64,000 nucleotides of DNA from Actinomycetales bacterium (GTDB lineage: Bacteria; Actinomycetota; Actinomycetes; Actinomycetales; Dermatophilaceae). The stretch is from positions 36,929-100,928 of the forward strand of contig JBBSQA010000005.1 in assembly GCA_038258285.1 (NCBI GenBank), written 5' to 3'. The translations under genes were made by a program, and so were the position numbers. How positions within the stretch are numbered: the stretch's first letter is position 1; every line of letters starts with the position of its first letter. The notes under the pieces were generated by a model. It was not told where the DNA came from. It was given only the letters and a program-made list of their open reading frames with translations, and ran no database searches. Shown piece by piece: positions 57,280-64,000 of the stretch.

Positions 57280-58263
57280 ATGAACACTCTTACGACGGAC
57301 CGGGGCGTCCAACCACCCACCGCCATCAGCCTCTCAGGGGTCAGCAAGAGCTTCGGCGGCGCAGGGTCCAAGACCCGTGTGCAGGCGGTGCGCCACGTCG
57401 ACCTCGACATCCAACCGGGTGAGATCGTGGCCTTTCTAGGCCCGAACGGCGCCGGGAAGACCACCACCATCGACATGATGCTGGGCCTCACCCAGCCGGA
57501 CCAGGGCACGGTCACCGTCCTGGGACGGACACCCCGTGAGGCGGTGTCCGCGGGCCGGGTGAGTGCCGTCCTGCAGACCGGGGGCCTGCTGCGGGACCTG
57601 TCGGTGCGCGAGACCGTGCAGATGATCGCCTCCACGTTCACCGAGCACAACACGGTGGACGACGTCATGGCTCGCGCGGGGCTGCAGGAGCTGAGCCACC
57701 GCAGGGTCTCCAAGTGCTCAGGGGGTGAGCAGCAGCGTCTTCGCTTCGCGCTCGCACTGCTTCCTGATCCTGACCTGCTGATCCTGGACGAACCGACGGC
57801 CGGCATGGACGTCTCGGCGCGTCGCGAGTTCTGGGCGTCGATGCACGCCGAGGCAGCGCAGGGCCGCACGGTCGTCTTCGCCACGCACTACCTCGAAGAA
57901 GCCGACGCCTTCGCGGATCGGATCGTCCTGATCGCGGGCGGATCGATCGTGGCCGACGGCACCACCCAGGAGATTCGCTCACGCGCGACCGGCCGCTCGG
58001 TCAGCGCCGACGTGCCCTCAGAGGCCGACCCGTCCGCGGTGGCAGAGCGCCTGCGCGGCATACCGGAGGTGGGCCACGTGAGCGTCGAGGGACACCGGAT
58101 CTCCGTCCTCTCCGGTGACTCCGACGCCATGGCCAGGTTGTTCCTGACCGAGCTCGGGGCGTTCAACCTCGAGGTTGCAACGGGCTCGTTGGAGACCGCC
58201 TTCATGACCATCACCGGCGATCCCGCCTCCCTGGACACGAGCACGGAAGGGGCCCACGCATGA
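57280..58263 (+). CDS. ABC transporter ATP-binding protein
   Basis: GPNGAGKTT, CSGGEQQR, LILDEPT, ATHYL. Confidence 0.95.
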   Translation: MNTLTTDRGVQPPTAISLSGVSKSFGGAGSKTRVQAVRHVDLDIQPGEIVAFLGPNGAGKTTTIDMMLGLTQPDQGTVTVLGRTPREAVSAGRVSAVLQTGGLLRDLSVRETVQMIASTFTEHNTVDDVMARAGLQELSHRRVSKCSGGEQQRLRFALALLPDPDLLILDEPTAGMDVSARREFWASMHAEAAQGRTVVFATHYLEEADAFADRIVLIAGGSIVADGTTQEIRSRATGRSVSADVPSEADPSAVAERLRGIPEVGHVSVEGHRISVLSGDSDAMARLFLTELGAFNLEVATGSLETAFMTITGDPASLDTSTEGAHA

Positions 58264-59021
58264 ACACCACCTACCTCGTTCTGGAGACCAAGCGGGTCAC
58301 GCGCGACTACGTCACGATGTTCTTCACCGCCGTCCTGCCGGCGTTCTTCTTCCTGATCTTCGGGGCCGCACAGGAGTACTCCAGCGAGCAAGCCGGCAAC
58401 GGCAACGTGGCGATGTACATCATGATCTCGATGGCGGCGTACGGCGCGGTGGTCGCCACGACCGGTATCGGCGGGATGGCCGCCGTCGAACGGATGCAGG
58501 GCTGGGGGCGGCAGCTGGCCCTCACCCCCATGAGCGATGGCGCCTACGTCGTCATCAAGTCGACGATCGCACTGTTGATCGCCGCCATCCCGATCACCCT
58601 CGTCTTCCTGCTGGGGGCCCTGACCGGCGCGCAGGGAGACGCGCGCGTCTGGGTGTTCAGCGCCGTGATTCTGCTGCTCGGGGCAACGACCTTCTCCCTC
58701 TACGGCTTGTGCTTCGGGCTGGCCTTCCGCTCCGAGGCCGCCGTCAGCGCGGCCAGTGGCACATTGGTCATCCTCGGCTTCATGGGCAACATCTTCTTCC
58801 CGCTCACCGGGTGGCTGCTGACCGTGGCCAAGTTCACCCCGCTCTACGGCTACGTGCAGCTGGCGCGCTACCCGTTGACCGAGGGCTTCAACCTCGACAC
58901 CACCACCGGCGTCCTGATCGAAGAGGCCGGGTGGGTCCCGGTGGTTAACGTGGTCGTATGGACGCTGATCTTCGCGCTGCTGGCGACGGCCCTGGTGCGC
59001 CGAGGGCGCGGTCGTCAATGA
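58260..59021 (+). CDS. ABC-2 type permease
   Basis: 6 TM segments, ERMQGWGRQLALTP; ATGA overlaps on both sides. Confidence 0.9.
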   Translation: MNTTYLVLETKRVTRDYVTMFFTAVLPAFFFLIFGAAQEYSSEQAGNGNVAMYIMISMAAYGAVVATTGIGGMAAVERMQGWGRQLALTPMSDGAYVVIKSTIALLIAAIPITLVFLLGALTGAQGDARVWVFSAVILLLGATTFSLYGLCFGLAFRSEAAVSAASGTLVILGFMGNIFFPLTGWLLTVAKFTPLYGYVQLARYPLTEGFNLDTTTGVLIEEAGWVPVVNVVVWTLIFALLATALVRRGRGRQ

Positions 59022-60127
59022 ACGAGAAGCCATCCTCCCGCGACCCCTGGGAACGGTGGGGGTGGTTGATGAGCACAATCTGGCTGGTCTTCCTCCTCTT
59101 CCCGTTCTTCGCCGCCCTGAACGCTCCCACCGGTTGGGAGTGGCGGATCACCACCATCGTCGGTCTCGGCGTCTTCGCCCTGGTCTACACCGAGGCGTTT
59201 GTCCGCCTCAGCCACGGCAACAGCCCCGCACGTCACCACACCCTCGGTCTTTCGCGCTTCGCGATCCTGTTGGCGTTGAGCCTGGCTATGACCCCAGTGC
59301 TGGGGTGGGACGCCTTGGGTTTGACGCCCTTCCTCGTGTCCTTCGCATCCTTCTTCTTCCGCCCTCGCGCTGCCCTCGGGATCATCGCAACCTCGTTGCT
59401 GCTCTCCGGCCTGGGCATCTGGCTCGGGGGCCCCGAACAGTGGGTCTTCCCCGGCATCATCCTGTTGGTCGGAGTGAGCACGCTGCTGGTGTCGAACCTC
59501 GACCGGCGACAGTACGAACAGCGCGAGCTCCGCACCCAGATGACCCTGGAAGCCGAGCGCGGGCGGGTGGCCCGGGACGTCCATGACGTGCTGGGTCACT
59601 CCCTGACCGTCATTACGGTCAAGGCCGAGCTGGCCGAACGGTTGATGGACCTCGACCCCGATCGCGCCAAGGAGGAGTTGGCGTCCATCCGTGCCTTGAG
59701 TCGTCAGGCCCTCAGCGAGGTGCGCACCACCGTCGGGGGGCTTCGATCAGCTCGACTGGAAGACGAGCTGATCACCGCGCATACCGTCCTCGCCGACGCT
59801 GGGATCAGCGCCACGGTGACCGGCGAGGCCAGCACGGTCGCCTCGAGGCATCGGACCGTGGCCGCGTGGGTGCTGCGGGAGGCGGTGACCAATGTGGTGC
59901 GGCACAGCCGAGGCACGCAGTGCCACGTCGAGCTCGGTCCCTCCAGCCTGTCGGTCACCGACGACGGGCGAGGACTCCAGGCGATCGCGATGAATGGTGA
60001 CCCGGGCGAGCACCATCGCGGCAACGGCCTACGCGGCCTCGCGGAGCGCGTGGAGGCGGTAGGCGGTCAGCTCCAGATGTCCGCCGGGGCGGACGGTCGG
60101 GGCACGACACTACGGGTCGACCTGTGA
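59018..60127 (+). CDS. DesK-like sensor histidine kinase (HisKA_3)
   Basis: 5 TM segments, ARDVHDVLGHSL, EAVTNVVRHS, DDGRG, GNGLRGLAER. Confidence 0.93.
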   Translation: MNEKPSSRDPWERWGWLMSTIWLVFLLFPFFAALNAPTGWEWRITTIVGLGVFALVYTEAFVRLSHGNSPARHHTLGLSRFAILLALSLAMTPVLGWDALGLTPFLVSFASFFFRPRAALGIIATSLLLSGLGIWLGGPEQWVFPGIILLVGVSTLLVSNLDRRQYEQRELRTQMTLEAERGRVARDVHDVLGHSLTVITVKAELAERLMDLDPDRAKEELASIRALSRQALSEVRTTVGGLRSARLEDELITAHTVLADAGISATVTGEASTVASRHRTVAAWVLREAVTNVVRHSRGTQCHVELGPSSLSVTDDGRGLQAIAMNGDPGEHHRGNGLRGLAERVEAVGGQLQMSAGADGRGTTLRVDL

Positions 60128-60729
60128 TCCGGCTGTTGTTGGCCGACGACCAGGGTCTGGTCCGTGGTGCTTTAGCGGCGTTGCTGGGACTGGAGCCGGA
60201 TCTGGAGGTCGTGGCCCAGGTCGCCCGAGGCGATGAGGTGCTCGCCGCGGTCCGCGCCCACGCGATCGATGTAGCGCTGCTGGACGTCGAGATGCCCGGG
60301 CTGGACGGCATCGAGGTATGCCGTCAGCTCACGCAACAGTTGCCACAGGTGCATTCGCTGATCGTGACCACCTTCGGTCGGCCGGGTTTCCTGCGCCGTG
60401 CCGTCGAGGCAGGGGCAGGGGGTTTCGTGGTGAAGGACACACCCGCCAGCGAGCTCGCGGACGCCGTGCGATCCGTGCACGCCGGCATACGCGTCATCGA
60501 CCCCACCCTGGCCACCGAGTCGCTGCTGGACGGGATGAACCCCCTGACGGAGCGGGAGCAGCACGTGCTACGTCTGGCGTTGACCGGGGTGCCCGTCAGC
60601 GACATCGCCGGTCAGGTTCATCTCTCCCAGGGCACCGTCCGCAACTACCTGTCCAGCGCTATCGGCAAGACCCACACCACCACGCGTGGTGAGGCCGCTC
60701 AGGTGGCCCAGCGCCGCGGCTGGCTGTAA
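60124..60729 (+). CDS. DesR-like NarL-family response regulator
   Basis: LADDQ, LDVEMP, VKD, LuxR-type HTH (LSQGTVRNYLS). Confidence 0.94.
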   Translation: MIRLLLADDQGLVRGALAALLGLEPDLEVVAQVARGDEVLAAVRAHAIDVALLDVEMPGLDGIEVCRQLTQQLPQVHSLIVTTFGRPGFLRRAVEAGAGGFVVKDTPASELADAVRSVHAGIRVIDPTLATESLLDGMNPLTEREQHVLRLALTGVPVSDIAGQVHLSQGTVRNYLSSAIGKTHTTTRGEAAQVAQRRGWL

Positions 60730-60733
60730 CCCC

Positions 60734-60820
60734 TTTTTCGCCACCCCCAGCCACTTATTGGCACCAACAGCGTTGTATCAGGCGCTGGAGGTGCAGTTGG
60801 TGGCTGGGGGTGGCGGCAAA
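60734..60820. terminator. Long hairpin between convergent genes (bidirectional terminator or REP-like element)
   Basis: Perfect 16-bp arms 60739-60754 / 60800-60815 plus inner GCACC/GGTGC and CAGCG/CGCTG stems. Confidence 0.65.
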
Positions 60821-60823
60821 GAG

Positions 60824-61360
60824 CTAGGAGTCGAGCGGTAGGCGGTCGATCTCGGGTGCCGGGTCGCTCACCAACCGAGCGTGGGTCTCGACGTCGAAGC
60901 GCTCGTCCCCACCGCGGACCTTCGAGCGCGCGAGCCCCTCGGCGAGGAAACCGGCACGAACGGCCACCTGACAGGACTTCGGGTGGTTCACCCGATGCTC
61001 CAGCTCCAGGCGGTACAAGGACAGCTCCTCGAAGCCGTAGGCCGCCACCGCCGCCGTCGCCCTCGAGGCCAGTCCCAGCCCGCGTGTGAACTCGCACAGC
61101 CAGTAGGACAGCTGCGCCGTATCGTGTCGCCGCTCAATCGAACCAAGGGCCACGCCACCCACGGGCACGTCGTCCACCGCGATCGCGAAGGCGGCGGCGT
61201 GACCACTCTCTCGACCGGACTGCCAACCCTCGATCCACCGACGCGCGTCCTCCTCGGTCATGAGAGGGCCGCCCTGGCTGTCCAGGTCGTCGGAGGCGAA
61301 AGCGGTCAGCAGTGACACGGCATCGTCCAGGCTCCACGGACGTACGACCAGAGAGGTCAC
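60824..61360 (-). CDS. RimJ/RimL-family GNAT acetyltransferase
   Basis: LSYWL..TRGLGLAS, LYRLELEHRVNHPKSC, GFLAEG. Confidence 0.9.
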   Translation of the reverse strand: MTSLVVRPWSLDDAVSLLTAFASDDLDSQGGPLMTEEDARRWIEGWQSGRESGHAAAFAIAVDDVPVGGVALGSIERRHDTAQLSYWLCEFTRGLGLASRATAAVAAYGFEELSLYRLELEHRVNHPKSCQVAVRAGFLAEGLARSKVRGGDERFDVETHARLVSDPAPEIDRLPLDS

Positions 61361-61370
61361 CGTCGCGTGG

Positions 61371-62858
61371 TCATTTCTGCGTGAGCTCGCGCTTGAGGAT
61401 CTTGCCCGTCGCCCCCTTGGGCAGGGCCTCGATCAGATGGACCTGACGCGGGTACTTGTAGGCCGCGACCTGGGAGCGCACGTGCTCGCGCAGCTCGTCC
61501 TCGGTGGCTGAGGCACCTTCGGCGAGCACGACGTAGGCCGCGACTTCTTCACCCAGCTCGTCGTGCGGGACGCCGACCACGGCGACTTCAGCGACCGCCT
61601 CGTGCTCGTAGAGGACTTCCTCGACCTCACGGGGGTAGATGTTGAGGCCACCACGGATGATCATGTCCTTCTTGCGATCCACGATGACGTAATAGCCGTC
61701 CTCGTCCTTGCGGGCCAGGTCACCGGAGCGGAACCAGCCGTCGACCACAGCCTCGGCGGTGGCCTCGTCGTTGGCCCAGTAGCCGGCCATGATGTTCTCC
61801 CCCCGGATGGCGATCTCGCCGATCTCGCCGTCGGCGGCATCCTCACCCGTGGGGTCCAGCAACTTCATCTCCACGCCACGGATGGGGGTGCCGATGGAAC
61901 CGGCCTTGCGCTCGGCGTCCGGGTGGTTGAAGGAGGCGACAGGGCTGGTCTCGGACAGTCCGTAACCCTCCAGGATGACGCAGCTGAAGGCCTCTTCGAA
62001 CTTGCGAAGCACCTCCACCGGCATCGAGGAGCCGCCGCTGACCGCCGTCCGCAGACTGGACAGGTCGGGCGCGCTCTCGGCCCGTCCCGCCGCAGCCAGC
62101 ATCGCGCCGTACATCGTGGGCACGCCTTCGAAGACGGTGACCTTGTCGCGTTGGATGACCTCCAACGCCTTCGCCGGGTCGAAGCGGGGGATGAGGGTCA
62201 ACGTTGAGCCGTTGGCAAAGGCCGCGTTCATCCCGCACGTCATGCCGAAGACGTGGAACAACGGTAGACACCCCATGACGACGTCGTTGGTGTCCAGATG
62301 CAACAGCGTCTCGGCGGTGCTGCGCTGGTTGCTGTCCAGGTTGTGGTGGGTCAGCTCGGCGCCCTTGGGTCGCCCGGTGGTGCCGGAGGTGTAGAGGATC
62401 ACCGCAGTGTCGGAGTCAGCCCGCTCCGCGATCGGTCCGTGCGGCTCGACGTCGGTCAGGAGGTCCCCGAACCCCTCGGGTCCGACCGGGACGTGCTGTG
62501 CCTCACAGACGTCAGCGGCGGTCTGGGCCTCCTCTCCGGGCATCGCGAAGAGGATCTTGGCGCCGGAGTCGTTGAGGTAGTACTCGATCTCGCGGCGCTT
62601 GAAGAGCGGGTTCATCGGGACCACCACCGCCCCGACACGCAGGGCGCCGTAGTAGATCACCGGGAAGGACGGCAGGTTGGGAAGCATCACCGCGATGCGG
62701 TCCCCCGGCTTCACGTCCTGCTGGAGCAGCCAGGCGGCGAGGCACTGAGCGGCTTCATCGACCTCGCGATAGCTCAACCGGTGGTCGTCCAAGATGATGG
62801 CGGCTTGGTCCGGGTGGTGCTCAGCCGTGTCGCTGAGGTGGTGCGCCAGGTTGGTCAT
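61371..62858 (-). CDS. Long-chain fatty-acid--CoA ligase
   Basis: YTSGTTGRPKG, EGYGLSETSP, WFRSGD, DRKKD, TGKILK; AAGGAG RBS. Confidence 0.94.
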   Translation of the reverse strand: MTNLAHHLSDTAEHHPDQAAIILDDHRLSYREVDEAAQCLAAWLLQQDVKPGDRIAVMLPNLPSFPVIYYGALRVGAVVVPMNPLFKRREIEYYLNDSGAKILFAMPGEEAQTAADVCEAQHVPVGPEGFGDLLTDVEPHGPIAERADSDTAVILYTSGTTGRPKGAELTHHNLDSNQRSTAETLLHLDTNDVVMGCLPLFHVFGMTCGMNAAFANGSTLTLIPRFDPAKALEVIQRDKVTVFEGVPTMYGAMLAAAGRAESAPDLSSLRTAVSGGSSMPVEVLRKFEEAFSCVILEGYGLSETSPVASFNHPDAERKAGSIGTPIRGVEMKLLDPTGEDAADGEIGEIAIRGENIMAGYWANDEATAEAVVDGWFRSGDLARKDEDGYYVIVDRKKDMIIRGGLNIYPREVEEVLYEHEAVAEVAVVGVPHDELGEEVAAYVVLAEGASATEDELREHVRSQVAAYKYPRQVHLIEALPKGATGKILKRELTQK

Positions 62859-62932
62859 CGTTGACTCCTTATGCGGGGGCCGTGGTTACGGACTGATGTA
62901 GACCTTCTCATCATGACCCTGCAACGCGCTCC

Positions 62933-64000
62933 TCAGTCCCCCGGTGACTCCGCCAGGCTCGGGCCCAGGCCGACGCCCAACGTTGCGATGACGTTCTGCA
63001 GGCTGTCGATGTCGCGCACACTCTTGTCGTCGCGATACCTCAGCACCCGGGCGAAGCGTAGGGCGATCCCACCGGGATAGCGGCGCGATCGTTGCACGCC
63101 GTCCACGGCGATCTCCACGACCTGCTCGGGCCGGACGAAGACGACGTGGCTGCTGCGGCGGGTCTCCAGCTCCAGGAACCGCTCGGTCTGCCAGCGCAGT
63201 ACCTCATCGGTCATACCCTTGAAGGTCTTGCCCAGCATGACCAGCTCGTCGCTGTGCTCGTTGCGCGCCGCGAGATGGATGTTCGACAGCATTCCTTGAC
63301 GTCGACCACTACCCCACTCCACCGCGGTGACCACCAGGTCCAGCGTGTGCCGGGGCTTCACCTTGGTCCAGCCCTCACCACGGCGCCCCGCGGTGTAGGG
63401 CGCACCGAGAGATTTGACGATGACCCCCTCATGGCCGACTCGCACCTGCTCGTCGAAGAACGCCCGCGCTGCCACGGGATCTGAGGTGATGAGTCTGGGG
63501 ACGAGCAGGTGCGGCGCGAGCGCGCTCAGCATCGACCACCGCTCCGCGTTCGTCACGTCGATCAGATCCGTGCCGTCGGAGTGCATGACGTCGAACAGGT
63601 AGGTCGTGAGCGGGATCTGCTCGCGCAGCTTCTCGGGGTTGGCACTGCTCGCGGTGCGCCCCCCCGTGACCTGGAAAGGCTCGGGACGACCGTCCGGGCG
63701 CAGCGCGATGATCTCTCCGTCGAGCACCGCCGCACGGGTCGGCAGCTGGGCGAGCTCCTCGACCACCTCGGGCACGCGGTCGGTGATCTCCTCGAGGGTC
63801 CGCGTGAAGACGTGCACCTCCGGACCGTTCGGGGTCTGCCATACGTGAGCCTGGATGCGGATGCCGTCGACCTTGCGCTCTATCGCCACCTCACACTCAC
63901 CGGTGACGACCTCCTCGACGCTGGGCGACGAACCGGACAGCATGGGCCGGAGCGGGCGGCCGACACGCAGGGTCATCGCGGTCAGTGCTGCCATGGCCGA
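62933..64000 (-). CDS. ligB: ATP-dependent DNA ligase (5' part outside the window)
   Basis: KVDG adenylation motif, LDGE, FDV, EGVIVK, WTKVK, LRFARVLRYR.DK. Confidence 0.92.
   Translation of the reverse strand, partial: SAMAALTAMTLRVGRPLRPMLSGSSPSVEEVVTGECEVAIERKVDGIRIQAHVWQTPNGPEVHVFTRTLEEITDRVPEVVEELAQLPTRAAVLDGEIIALRPDGRPEPFQVTGGRTASSANPEKLREQIPLTTYLFDVMHSDGTDLIDVTNAERWSMLSALAPHLLVPRLITSDPVAARAFFDEQVRVGHEGVIVKSLGAPYTAGRRGEGWTKVKPRHTLDLVVTAVEWGSGRRQGMLSNIHLAARNEHSDELVMLGKTFKGMTDEVLRWQTERFLELETRRSSHVVFVRPEQVVEIAVDGVQRSRRYPGGIALRFARVLRYRDDKSVRDIDSLQNVIATLGVGLGPSLAESPGD

Noticed and set aside
57280-60729. ABC transporter with DesK/DesR-like two-component system
   Set aside because: Common, well-described four-gene module.

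Overview
High-GC actinobacterial chromosomal segment (Micrococcales-like; the unusual MurE would fit an ornithine-peptidoglycan lineage such as Ornithinimicrobium or Serinicoccus, which is inference). It is gene-dense, with about 60 CDSs, mostly metabolic, transport, envelope and regulatory. I found no rRNA, tRNA, CRISPR array, transposase or integrase. Main blocks: partial hutH with a POT transporter, a decayed TetR/MFS pair, arsR-acr3 and a HutR-like IclR; an MFS_2 transporter, sphingosine-1-phosphate-lyase-like enzyme and DAGK/sphingosine-kinase-like gene; marR-murE-yigZ divergent from an FAD oxidoreductase and an in-frame DUF1365-Cfa fusion; amylosucrase, S66 peptidase, PoxB, DDAH, EamA/LysR; a 1056-aa polytopic patatin-like protein; glcDEF; a pseudo-receiver/TrxB-fold flavoprotein; a solute symporter pair; Fpg/Nei, App1, a peptidoglycan-binding peptidase and class E sortase; an ABC transporter with a DesK/DesR-like pair; an acyl-CoA ligase; partial LigB. 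Best leads: (1) a candidate sphingoid-base uptake/phosphorylation/cleavage module, (2) an orphan MurE with EDHR in place of DNPR, (3) a covarying palindromic repeat family that supplies the stop codons of four genes, (4) a furan-fatty-acid-like operon with a UfaO-UfaM type fusion, (5) repeated internal deletions in four genes. All product calls come from motif recognition by eye; no database searches were run.
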